Shown piece by piece: positions 39,872 to 53,345 of a stretch of DNA of 64,000 nt. Made by a program: the position numbers and the translations under genes. The DNA is from Pecten maximus (Eukaryota): assembly GCF_902652985.1 (NCBI RefSeq), contig NC_047025.1, positions 20,770,001 to 20,834,000 of the forward strand. The letters are read 5' to 3'. The stretch's first letter is position 1. The number at the start of each line of letters is the position of its first letter. The notes below the pieces were generated by a model. That model was given only the letters and a program-made list of their open reading frames with translations. It ran no database searches and was not told the origin of the DNA.

Positions 39872-42164
39872 TTTCCACATGGAAAACCGGTAATGGTACA
39901 TGGCATTGCTTTCAGAAAAATACACATTTAAAAACTGAAATGGCAGAATCAGATCCGACTGGCGAAACATGCAGTATTCAGCCACGCCGTGCGCTACACG
40001 AAAAGTGACACTGACTACAGGAAAATGTTTCTTACTAAACCTTATTTTCAAGCGCTTCAAGGTGGAGTCCCCGATGCTTATTATTTCGCAACACCGGGGT
40101 AGGGGTTGTACACGGTGAGTATATTATGAAGTCAGGAAATATGCCACAATACTACTGGTGACTTACTCTACTGTCATACTCGTGACATAGGCCGTCATAG
40201 ATGTAACATATAGATGTGGGTACTGGTTGGTATGTGTTAAAGGAAAGAGAAAATTTGAGATTGGAAACAAGTTTGCTCTCGAGTAGGTACTCAAGTGCAT
40301 TCGAGGGTTCTTCAAATTACTGGTCCCTTCAAATGAGGGGCTTGGTTAGAACAACTAAGGATCAAGCTGTCACAGATTGGAAGCGTGGTTAGTTAAATAA
40401 TGTATCAACATTGATAACTCGGGTGTGAATAGCAATCAATCAACACGGGAATTAAAAAAACTGACATAATCACACAAGTCCATCGGACAGCCATGACGCA
40501 GACTAAAACACAAACCGTCGCCGGTCAATGATATCCGGCTGAAACATTTGTGAGACAGTTGGTCCCGATGTGGAGATACGGGGTTTACAAGTGGTAGTCA
40601 ATGACTGTCACCATCGTTAAGTTCAATTAGTGCAGCAATGCACACTACATTCCCGCCTTGAACTTTTACTACGGTTTTATTTTCGGTATGGAACATATCT
40701 GCTGGTGAAATACTCGGTATCCATAGCGATTTCTATTTGACAATGGTGAAGTAAAATTCTCGTCGACAAATCAATTAATTGGATCAGACGCTGCACGTGC
40801 ACTGTGAGAATATGTGTTACGAGACCGTGAAAAAGCAAAGAAACTCAAACGGAGACGACCGAACATCTTTATGGCTGAAATCATTGTAATGGTTTAATAT
40901 ATTCATCGTGGGGAGGGTGTAATTACGGCGGGATTGATGCGCAGCCCCCAGCCCTTTGACCGTACTTAGTAATTATCTGTCCGAGGAGGATCCTACAGGG
41001 GAAATTGAATTGTTAGCCCTCCCGGGAGGATATAATTTGGAGATATAAATTGATATATTCAAAGAAGCTAGGGACATGTGTCTGTACCATGGCTGATAAC
41101 AAACAAACCAAAAAGTCGCTTCGATTTCGGAAACAATTTCATTCGTAAGCCAAAGAGCACCGTGAACAGACATCTGACATTTACATGTTAATATATTTAT
41201 CTATATCACAGACTTGTTTAGAATTACTAATGCTATATATGGTATTTCTATTTTTAATCCATGTTTTACTTATTAATAACACTTGTAATGTTTGTTTCAA
41301 AGAAATTTTAGAATAAATAAGAAGATACATTAAAAAAAACATATTTCGATTTACAGATCAAGTTGGTTTGATTTGTTTAGACAGGAGGAGATCAAAGCTC
41401 ATCTGTTTACGTCCTGATTTTTAGATGTAGACGTCGGGTATATCTAATTCCCTATTTGCTGGGTTGATGTATATTTTATATGTTCTGTACATTGTGTAGC
41501 TCTTGAAATATTATAATATCCTATAAGATGAGTAATTACTAATCAGAGTAACTTTGTAGATTACATAGAACGTTGTAAATTATTTATTTTTATATAAAAA
41601 CATAACTCGTTCGACTCCTACCTCATTTTTATTGAAATAATTATTTAGTAATTCAACCGAGCTGTCTAAATCATTGTCATAGATGGGTTTCATTTTCGAA
41701 CTAGGCAGCAATACGATGTCTAGAACACACCAGAGCAGCGCGGTGATCACTTTATAAGATTTTCACTTCATATGAATCCAATTTAAAACAAACACCAAAT
41801 GTAAGTCAGACATTCTGCCTAATTGATGTACCTCCTCCATGGCAACATAACCTAATCATCACGTGGAACTGCTTTAATTGCATTAATTTTTGAAGGACAC
41901 TGGCCCTATTTTTGGGAATATAATTTGACAAGCTATGCCGAAGAAATAGGAGTGACTTGTATATGGTTATAAACTAGTGTTTTATTTCATCAAATGTATA
42001 TTCAATCTACAAGCTTATGAATGATACATAAAACACTTGATACGGCGAAACTGCAGTACGAATCGTAGTGAAATCGTGAGGATGACAAGACCTCTGATAG
42101 TTTGTCCATTAAATTAACATCAATTCCTGTATTTCTCATACATCGCTTTGTTTTTTATATGAAA

Positions 42165-42850
42165 TGACACCACTGAAAACCAAGGAAGAGACAACTGAAA
42201 AGATATCACTAAAACGATGCCACTGAAAGGACAACTAAAACGATACCACTGAAACTAAAATGATACCACTGAAAGGACAACTAAAACGATACCACTGAAA
42301 GGACAACTAAAACGATACCACTGAAAGGACAACTAAAACGATACCACTGAAAGGACAACTAAAACGATACCACTGAAAGAACAACTAAAACGATGCCACT
42401 GAAAGGACAACTAAAACGATACCACTGAAAGGACAACTAAAACGATACCACTGAAAGGACAACTAAAACGATACCATTGACAGAGGACAAGTAAAACGAT
42501 ACCACTGAAAGGACAACTAAAACGATACCACTGAAACTAAAACGATACCACTGAAAGGACAACTAAAACGATATCACTGAAAAAACAACTGAAACAACAC
42601 AATTTAAAGGACAACTAAAAGATATTTATAAAAGAGCAACTAAAACGACACCACTGAAATGACAACTAAAACGACACCACTGAAATGACAACTAGAACGA
42701 TACCACTGAAATACCTCAAACAACACCCCTGAAAGTTAAACTAAAGCGACATCATTGAAATAGTTAAAGCGATACAACTGAACTTTATAAAACGATATCT
42801 CTGAAAAAAAAACTGAACGATGCTACTGAAAGGACAACTAAAATGCTACC
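42165..42850. repeat. Minisatellite, 26-bp unit (aaaggacaactaaaacgataccactg), ~25 copies, degenerate edges
   Basis: Period of 26 (42272, 42298, ...). Confidence 0.93.
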
Positions 42851-44050
42851 ACAATGTGAAATTATTCTGCATATAAATCTTTCATCATGTTACTTTTTGG
42901 AAAAATAAAAAGATACAAAATAGTTTATTTTAAACAGTAAACTAAAATACTATAGTTGTGTGGTCGATCCCAATCTAAAGAGAAGCCTGTAATTGGTGAC
43001 GTCATCACAACACGTTCTGTCTGCGATACCGCCCAACATCGTTGTCTCCACCATCACTACGAGACTCGCTGCCTTGTTCACCGTCCTATTTTCGACTTCC
43101 TGTTGTCTCGACTCCACACCCTATGTCCGCCGTAATTGACCATCATTGTCTGACATGGCACGAGATAAGCGCGTGCTGACACCACATCTACAAAGGCTTA
43201 GATACACATCGTCGTGTAAATATCATCAACTGGAACAAAGAGGTGCGCTAAACCGATAACACCAATACAGAACTATAGGCACGGATTCGCTGGAAACCAA
43301 ACATTTGATAGACACAGATTATGCGGTTCATTACTATGTTTGACGGGTTGCACACTGACTCTCTTTGATATGGTTGTCACGAGCCAATAAACAGATTGTT
43401 CAAAATTCAAAAACGAAAAAATTGCAAGCAATTATGAAGCTGCATTGGGGAATTTTAGTTTTAGTCTAGAGAACAAATCAAACGAAGGCTTCAGACTCTA
43501 TCAAACATTTTGGTATTTAATTTCAACATTTATTAATCAGATGTTATGTTGACATTTTATTTATGATATTAGATTCAATTATACTTATGTTTACAAAATG
43601 AAATTAGACACAAGAATGTTTGATTACAAAGAAGATTGTTCGATCTTGGGAACAAAGAAATCCATTATCTTGATGGAAAAGGTTGTAGTATTTCACAATG
43701 GAAATTATAAAAACGAGCTTCATGTCAAGGCGGAGATAAATCACACCAGTTCACCAAGGAGGCATTGCATCAAACCGATTTAAAGTGGTTCCTGGAGGTA
43801 CCGCAATGTACTCTGGGATATATTCACAATTCCTGGTAATGCTGCGCCAGTATAATGAACGTGTGGGAGGTGGAGGGAACTGTGACGAGTTCTAAAACCT
43901 GTGATGGCTTTGTTTACTTTTCCAAGAGTCAGAGTCGTAGAGTCGTATCATAGACATAGAAATCGTACAACGTACACTAAATAGTATGTCTGAAAAAAAT
44001 CCTTGGAACTTTGTTTGAACAATAAGTTGTTCACCACTATTGCGTGAGAA

Positions 44051-47000
44051 AAACCTAAGGAGTTCAGCCTACAGAAACATACCACTACAAACCTAAGGGT
44101 TTCAGCCTACAGAAACATACCACTACAAACCTAAGGGTTTCAGCCTACAGAAACATACCACTACAAACCTAAGGGTTTCAGCCTACAGAAACATACCACT
44201 ACAAACCTAAGGGTTTCAGCCTACAGAAACATACCACTACAAACCTAAGGGTTTCAGCCTACAGAAACACACCACTACAAACCTAAGGGTTTCAGCCTAC
44301 AGAAACACACCACTACAAACCTAAGGAGTTCGGCCTACAGAAACATACCACTACAAACCTAAGGGTTTCAGCCTACAGAAACACACCACTACAAACCTAA
44401 GGAGTTCGGCCTACAGAAACATACCACTACAAACCTAAGGGTTTCAGCCTACAGAAACATACCACTACAAACCTAAGGGTTTCAGCCTACAGAAACATAC
44501 CACTACAAACCTAAGGGTTTCAGCCTACAGAAACATACCACTACAAACCTAAGGGTTTCAGCCTACAGAAACATACCACTACAAACCTAAGGGTTTCAGC
44601 CTACAGAAACACACCACTACAAACCTAAGGGTTTCAGCCTACAGAAACACACCACTACAAACCTAAGGAGTTCGGCCTACAGAAACATACCACTACAAAC
44701 CTAAGGGTTTCAGCCTACAGAAACACACCACTACAAACCTAAGGAGTTCGGCCTACAGAAACATACCACTACAAACCTAAGGGTTTCAGCCTACAGAAAC
44801 ATACCACTACAAACCTAAGGGTTTCAGCCTACAGAAACATACCACTACAAACCTAAGGATTTCGGCCTACAGAAACATACCACTACAAACCTAAGGGTTT
44901 CAGCCTACAGAAACATACCACTACAAACCTAAGGGTTTCAGCCTACAGAAACATACCACTACAAACCTAAGGGTTTCAGCCTACAGAAACATACCACTAC
45001 AAACCTAAGGGTTTCAGCCTACAGAAACACACCACTACAAACCTAAGGAGTTCGGCCTACAGAAACATACCACTACAAACCTAAGGGTTTCAGCCTACAG
45101 AAACACACCACTACAAACCTAAGGAGTTCGGCCTACAGAAACACACCACTACAAACCTAAGGGTTTCAGCCTACAGAAACATACCACTACAAACCTAAGG
45201 GTTTCAGCCTACAGAAACATACCACTACAAACCTAAGGGTTTCAGCCTACAGACACATACCACAACAAACCTAAGGGTTTCAGCCTACAGAAACATACCA
45301 CTACAAATGTAAGGGTTTCAGCCTACAGAAACATACCACTACAAACCTAAGAGTTTCAGCCTACAGACACATACCACTACAAACCTAAGGGTTTCAGCCT
45401 ACAGAAACACACCACTACAAACCTAAGGGTTTCAGCCTACAGAAACATACCACTACAAACCTAAGGAGTTCGGCCTACAGAAACATACCACTACAAACCT
45501 AAGGAGTTCAGCATACAGAGACATACCACTACAAACATAAGGGTTTCAGCCTACAGACACATACCAATACAAACCTAAGGGTTTCAGCCTACAGAAACAC
45601 ACCACTACAAACCTAAGGGTTTCAGCCTACAGAAACACACCACTACAAACCTAAGGGTTTCAGCCTACAGAAACATACCACTACAAACCTAAGGGTTTCG
45701 GCCTACAGAAACATACCACTACAAACCTAAGGGTTTCAGTCTACAGAAACATACCACTACAAACCTAAGGGTTTCGGCCTACAGAAACATACCACTACAA
45801 ACCTAAGGAGTTCGGCCTACAGAAACATACCACTACACACCTAAGGAGTTCGGCCTACAGAAACATACCACTACAAACCTAAGGGTTTCAGTCTACAGAC
45901 ACATACCACTACAAACCTAAGGGTTTCAGCCTACAGAAACATACCACTACACACCTAAGGAGTTCGGCCTACAGAAACATACCACTACAAACCTAAGGGT
46001 TTCAGTCTACAGACACATACCACTACAAACCTAAGGGTTTCAGCCTACAGAAACATACCACTACAAACCTAAGGGTTTCAGCCTACAGAAACATACCACT
46101 ACAAACCTAAGGGTTTCAGTCTACAGACACATACCACTACAAACCTAAGGGTTTCAGCCTACAGAAACATACCACTACAAACCTAAGGGTTTCAGTCTAC
46201 AGACACATACCACTACAAATCTAAGGGTTTCGGCCTACAGAAACATACCACTACAAACCTAAGGGTTTCAGCCTACAGAAACATACCACTACAAATCTAA
46301 GGGTTTCGGCCTACAGAAACATACCACTACAAACCTAAGGGTTTCAGCCTACAGAAACATACCACTACAAATCTAAGGGTTTCAGCCTACAGAAACATAC
46401 CACTACAAACCTAAGGGTTTCAGTCTACAGAAACATACCACTACAAACCTAAGGGTTTCAGCCTACAGAAACATACCACTACAAACCTAAGGGTTTCAGT
46501 CTACAGAAACATACCACTACAAATCTAAGGGTTTCAGCCTACAGAAACATACCACTACAAATCTAAGGGTTTCAGTCTACAGAAACATACCACTACAAAC
46601 CTAAGGGTTTCAGTCTACAGACACATACCACTACAAACCTAAGGGTTTCAGCCTACAGAAACATACCACTACAAACATAAGGGTTTCAGCCTACAGAAAC
46701 ATACCACTACAAACCTAAGGGTTTCAGCCTACAGACACATACCACTACAAATCTAAGGGTTTCAGCCTACAGAAACATACCACTACAAACCTAAGGGTTT
46801 CAGCCTACAGAAACATACCACTACAAACCTAAGGGTTTCAGCCTACAGACACATACCACTACAAACCTAAGGATTTCAGCCTACAGACACATACCACTAC
46901 AAACCTAAGGGTTTCAGCCTACAGAAACATACCACTACAAACCTAAGGGTTTCAGCCTACAGAAACATACCACTACAAACCTAAGGGTTTCAGCCTACAG

Positions 47001-48590
47001 AAACATACCACTACAAACCTAAGGGTTTCAGCCTACAGACACATACCACTACAAACCTAAGGGTTTCAGCCTACAGACACATACCACTACAAACCTAAGG
47101 AGTTCAGCCTACAGACACATACCACTACAAACCTAAGGGTTTCAGCCTACAGAAACATACCACTACAAACCTAAGGGTTTCAGCCTACAGAAACATACCA
47201 CTACAAACCTAAGGGTTTCAGCCTACAGACACATACCACTACAAACCTAAGGGTTTCAGCCTACAGAAATATACCACTACAAACCTAAGGGTTTCAGCCT
47301 ACAGAAACATACCACTACGAACCTAAGGGTTTCAGCCTACAGAAACATACCACTACGAACCTAAGGGTTTCAGTCTACAGAAACACACCACTACAAACCT
47401 AAGGGTTTCAGCCTACAGAAACATACCACTACAAACCTAAGGAGTTCGGCCTACAGAAACATACCACTACAAACCTAAGGGTTTCAGCCTACAGACACAT
47501 ACCACTACAAACCTAAGGAGTTCGGCCTACAGAAACATACCACTACAAACCTAAAGGTTTCAGCCTACAGAAACATACCACTACAAACCTAAGGGTTTCA
47601 GCCTACAGAAACATACCACTACAAACCTAAGGGTTTCAGCCTACAGACACATACCACTACAAACCTAAGGAGTTCGGCCTACAGAAACATACCACTACAA
47701 ACCTAAAGGTTTCAGCCTACAGAAACATACCACTACAAACCTAAGGGTTTCAGCCTACAGAAACATACCACTACAAACCTAAGGGTTTCAGCCTACAGAA
47801 ACATACCACTACAAACCTAAGGGTTTCAGCCTACAGAAACATACCACTACAAACCTAAGGAGTTCGGCCTACAGAAACATACCACTACAAACCTAAGGGT
47901 TTCAGCCTACAGAAACATACCACTACAAACCTAAGGGTTTCAGCCTACAGAAACATACCACTACAAACCTAAGGGTTTCAGCCTACAGAAACACACCACT
48001 ACAAACCTAAGGGTTTCAGCCTACAGAAACATACCACTACAAACCTAAGGGTTTCAGCCTACAGAAACATACCACTACAAACCTAAGGGTTTCAGCCTAC
48101 AGAAACATACCACTACAAACCTAAGGGTTTCAGCCTACAGAAACACACCACTACAAACCTAAGGGTTTCAGCCTACAGAAACATACCACTACAAACCTAA
48201 GGGTTTCAGCCTACAGAAACATACCACTACAAACCTAAGGAGTTCGGCCTACAGAAACATACCACTACAAACCTAAGGGTTTCAGCCTACAGAAACATAC
48301 CACTACAAACCTAAGGGTTTCAGCCTACAGAAACACACCACTACAAACCTAAGGGTTTCAGCCTACAGAAACATACCACTACAAACCTAAGGGTTTCAGC
48401 CTACAGAAACATACCACTACAAACCTAAGGGTTTCAGCCTACAGACACATACCACTACAAACCTAAGGAGTTCGGCCTACAGACACATACCACTACAAAC
48501 CTAAGGGTTTCAGCCTACGGAAACATACCACTACAAACCTAAGGATTCCGAACTACAAAAACATATCACCACAAACCGAAGGATTTCTTG
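44051..48590. repeat. Minisatellite, 38-bp unit (aaacctaagggtttcagcctacagaaacataccactac), ~118 copies
   Basis: Period of 38 (44051, 44089, ...). Confidence 0.98.
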
Positions 48591-50253
48591 ATAAAACAAA
48601 CCACCACAGCCTGGCGAATTCTCATTCTCACACCCGTTTTTCTTTGACTTGGACCAGCTGAAGCAACTTATTAATTAAAAACAAGAACAATTATGAAAAT
48701 GTCATGAATAATTACTAATATCTGTTTACGGAGGATGCCTGGAGGTAATAATCTGTGACAATCTGCCATTTCTCAGATGTCACCAGGAAATTGATCGCAA
48801 ACATTTCCGGGAACACACATTTGTAAATTGTTTTTGAAAATACTTTATTTTAATTTTTAAATCGGTTTGAGAAAGCTTATCCGTGATTTGATTTTGAGAG
48901 CACGGTCAGTTTCTCCGTACCGTACAAACTGATTTAGCTTCAATCTTTGATTTTGACGTGTGTGAAACTGCTTCATCATGCTATAAAAACTCGGAATTCT
49001 GCAGCCGTATTTCGTCTCCGACCAAATAGTTGGATTTTGCAATAATTAACATTCTGATGTAATTACTCGTTAAGATTTTCTAAGGAAGACGTGAGTTTGT
49101 GATATCCAATTTCAAAAGGTACTTCCTCAGGACCGTAATGAGTAAATACGGTTTGATTAGGAAATTAAATTGACATTTGGCCATTTTTTTTGTAAAGTGC
49201 CTGTGTGTGTGTCACTTAATCAGCATTTTAATGAAAATCAGAAATTGAAGTATGATTCATGTTCAACACCGCGCGCTGACAGACGGTGTCAGTCATTTCG
49301 TGATCACGCGCTCGCGTGCAGCAACAAGTTTACAATTTCACTGCGAATGTATTAGTAACGGTTTAGTCATCCGCGCAGACTCCTTTGTTGCATCCAGGTA
49401 AAACATAATTTACAGCCAGATAGGACAAGCTGGAGCAAGCATGCGCAACTTAACTGTACACCAGAAAATGATGTTTACGAAAAACGTCGATATCTAAATA
49501 AACATTTATAACATATCCACCAACAAAACTGAGATGCAAGTCTTATGATTCATCCTCTAATCCTTTTCTAATTTGAATCTGTAATTTCAATATGATGACT
49601 TGCTAACAAAGCTTGGTCAAAAGGAAAGTTCGTATATCAAAATGGTATTTAGATAATGCGTTTAATTTTAATAATTCATCTATTTTCGCAATGTAGAAAT
49701 CATTTACAACAAACATGCCATCCCCACTCCCTTGCCGTATATAGGGATTGAATTGATTTTTTTCATTTGCATGGCGGCTATGAATAGCAGCAGCTATCTA
49801 CTTATCCCATAGTCGCCATTAAAATGGAAAAAAATCCCAGAATAAAAATATAAAGAACAGATTTTATATAAACGAAAAGATGCGAAGTTAATGGACAGCC
49901 GGTGATCCCACTAATGTACCATCACTTCCAGTTGTTTATTTTGGACAAAAAGACATGAAATAACATCAAATACTACAATGCGTGTTAAATTTGATCTATT
50001 TTATGTTAATAAATGGCAAAGAAAACAGATTTTACCGAAATGAAACGGGGACTATTCATCAGGCAAATTCATATTTTTCTGATGGAATGTGTGGAAAATC
50101 AGCACGTGAAACGACGTTTTCATACTGCATTTATAGTGCTTTTATGGCCAACTGTTTGTTGAATCAACACTCAGAATGTAATATAGAATGATATAATTAA
50201 TGGGAGGTTTTGACAGCCTGACCAATACATGAGGGGGCTATTTTCTACGCTAT

Positions 50254-50946
50254 ATACGCTCTTAGAAATAACAGTGATTATCGAGTTCCTCCTTTTGGGC
50301 TTCTCCCGTTTATACCTGCCACTATTCGTAGTTGGAACGTGTAAGATCTATCTGTACGATCGTTACATTCACTTAACTTGTTTAAAAACTCTATAAACTC
50401 AAATGTACAACCATCTCCACCTATCTACTACAGTTATGGTGAAAGAAAGTTAAATATCTTACATACTAGATTGAGGCACAATTGTAGTGTTCTCTAATAT
50501 GATCTGTATCGAGTAAATCGTATTAATGATCCGTTTTGCACCTGTAGACATCCTTGTAAAATGCCTTTCATTTTTTCTTTTATGCAAAATGTTTGAATTG
50601 GAAAGATTAAATATGTATCAAAGTTTAAATGCCTTAGGTTTGGTTTTGGATTTAAAACTTCTCCTGCTTGGAAATTCAGATCTTTCAGAAGACCTAAACT
50701 CTCTTGTTTTCCGACATGTGCAAAACTACATCAAATCCAGCTATAGATTTTTATATGTATTCTTGTGCTCTTTCTTGCAAACCTGTGTCTATGTAAAATA
50801 ATCTATATATCTACTTTAAGTTGATGCCAATGATGCTATCTCAATGATTTCATGTAATATACAATGATGGAGAGGGCGTCCATACGTTGAAAACACTTGT
50901 GCCTAATCCTTTGTCACAATTAAATTGGCAAAAAAATATGTTTAAA
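50254..50946 (+). mobile_element. 5'-truncated CR1-clade LINE (ORF2 C-terminus plus 3' UTR), degenerate
   Basis: Broken translation YALRNNSDYRVP..FIPATIRSWN..YYSYGERKLNILHTRLRHNCSVL*YDLYRVNRINDPFCTC..HFFFLC..LLLLGNSDLSEDLNSLVFRHVQNYIKSSYRF, the typical CR1 post-RT zinc-knuckle tail. Ends aaaaaaatatgtttaaa. Confidence 0.85.
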
Positions 50947-51534
50947 GTAAAAGCAAAGTGTTATTTTCTGTTTGCGTATATCATTGATAAGATGGAAAAT
51001 AATGAGAACATTATATCAAACGAAGTACAGGAAATACTCAGTTAAAGAATGTACACCATTCAGCGTGATAAGTAGTGGTGTAGGGTTCGTAAAAAAAACT
51101 TCTGAGATAAACAGACTCTTTGAATAACTTAGTACTAAATAAGTTGAGGAAGATGTTGGGTTTGCTATATCACAACTTGAAGCCAATTATATTTTCTGAT
51201 AGATTTAAACAAATTACTAATTTAAAGATGGTTGAAATCCATACTGTAACTTGAAAATATTTGTAAAGCATCATCTGTATAGCTAAGTCCTGTCATTTTG
51301 ATGACAATGGAACCAGCACCTTAAATATCTCACAGCACAATTAACAGGGGATTTGGCTTAGCAAGTGATTTGTCGTTGATGATATCTTACTTTCTGATAT
51401 CTTAAATTCGTGTTAGAAGAATGTGTATTGGTATACCCATATAACTCATACCATCTTCATTACTAACTTAGCCTAAACTTTTCTTAATACTTGATCGTTT
51501 TCATCAACCTGTCATCAAAGTTGTCAGCCTCTTA

Positions 51535-52600
51535 AATATTCTTCACCTTCGCCCCCAAATAATTTTAAAAAGAAGGGCCTTTTCGTTTTTGTGTACTCCA
51601 GTTGTTTTTTTTTAAAGGTCACCTTCATCTGATTCAGAAAACGCCAACCGTGCGTATTGCCAAAAACAAAAATTCTTTTTACAAATGTGAACCGTCGTCT
51701 GTACATACATGTATTTGGCACTGTCCAAAAGATATTCCTGGTATTCGTCTATCTACTTTGTAATGTTCCTTCTGGACGTGTTTTGTCGAGAGAAAGAGTC
51801 CTAAGGAAGTCCTCGTGTTGCAGATTGTCAAGATAGACAAATAATGGTATATCATATTTATCTATAACCAGTGTCATATGTACATCTCGAAGGTCAGCTG
51901 TAGCTCGACAAACAATCACATAGTGTAAAATAGCATCTATATATAATACTTCACATAATTTACACTGTAGATCTATCCACTGACGGGAACATGTCACCAT
52001 TTTAGATATAAATTGGACAAGTTTTAGGCCTTTACCCGTTTTCGGTATTTTTCACAGAATGTATGGAGACGTGTTTGTACTATGAATGTCTCTATATGGC
52101 ATTAAGTCAGGATCGTCAACAAGTCTCTCATTCAGGAGAGCGCCCTCCATCGAACTAATTGGGTAATCTACAGTTTGTTTCCATACAACTTTTGATATGG
52201 TATTTGTTACGTACCCTTCCAAGAATTACTGTAAGTTGTATTTATATAAGAAGACCAAATATCAGGTAAACATCCAAGCTGGTTATTGTTTGGGTCTTGA
52301 ATGTACTGATATAATCTTCCCAGAAATATATTTTTTGAAAGAGTATCTGATCCCAGGGTCATGAGTGAGCGTAGAAAGAAAGTTCAGCTTCATTGTTTTC
52401 AGTAACAGACGACAGTCTCGGAAAACCAAGCTTGGATTCACACATATCGGATCTGGTCAATTTCAGGAAGCAATCGAGTGCTGTAGAACGTTTAAGCGCT
52501 GTAGATCATTTTTAGTAATTTTATACCAACACTCGGAACCATAAAGAACACCCGGGACTATGACTTTCTTATACAATTCTGTTGTTTTTAAGGGGTTAGT
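51535..52600 (-). mobile_element. 5'-truncated RTE/RTEX-like LINE fragment, degenerate
   Basis: Minus strand NPLKTTELYKKVIVPGVLYGSECW (post-RT LYGxExW motif), TRSDMCESKLG, and CKLC...HYVIVC (CCHC-type tail). Many frameshifts. Confidence 0.8.
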
Positions 52601-52792
52601 CCATTCACAATCTTGTTCAGATTTGGTCATTAGATTAAAACAGTTCCTGTCGTTAGTACATCCGTTTTCTATGACTAACTGGTTAGTCCATTCACAATCT
52701 TGTCCAGATTTGGTCATTAGATTAAAACAGTTCCTGTCGTTAGTACATTCGTTTTCTATGACTAACTGGTTAGTCCATTCACAATCTTCTCC
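52594..52792. repeat. 87-bp tandem duplication, ~2.3 copies
   Basis: ggttagtccattcacaatctt at 52594, 52681 and 52768. Confidence 0.92.
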
Positions 52793-53206
52793 CAATTTAG
52801 TTACTAGAGTAGTTGTAGGTTATGTCCCATGATCGTTGGAACAGCATCAAAGAAGAAAATCTAAATCAAAGTGGACACATATTGTCAGTTCATAGAAAAT
52901 TGCGGTTGTGAGGATTATCTATGAAAGTCATATATATATATATATTAAATTTCGAGCATTAAACATGTTACTACCTGAAAATGGCAGACGATCAGGTGTT
53001 AATATAAGAAGACAGTAGAAACGCCCCCATGTGGCGGGTAGTGTCGGAATCACTTTGTGTTTGAAAACCTAGCAACGCAAGTCAATCGGAGAAACACGTT
53101 AATATAACAACATTCAAAATGTTGCTTATTCTATGCTTGTTATTTAACAAAACAAAATAGACCAAGCCTTTTCTCTGAGGGGCTGTATTGTAGAGTATAT
53201 AGAACG

Positions 53207-53345
53207 AGGATGTGGCGCAATGGTATGAGCTGCGTTTATCGGTACCGTAGATCGTGAGTTCGAGGCTCGGTCAGAGCACGAGTCATAAAGTTGTATTCAT
53301 TTGCGTTCAGAATCCTTTGTATTTCTAGAGGATAAAGAAATCTGG
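53207..53345 (+). mobile_element. Decayed tRNA-derived SINE head
   Basis: A-box-like tggcgcaatggt and B-box-like gagttcgaggc at tRNA spacing, but no intact cloverleaf. Confidence 0.4.

Noticed and set aside
38250-40008. Mucin-like Pro/Thr/Val ORFs
   Set aside because: Translations of the 24-bp array with an in-frame TGA (38512) and several frameshifts. No signal peptide. Better explained as a TE-internal satellite.
53207-53290. tRNA gene
   Set aside because: A/B-box-like motifs are present but there are no consistent acceptor or anticodon stems. Treated as a SINE remnant.
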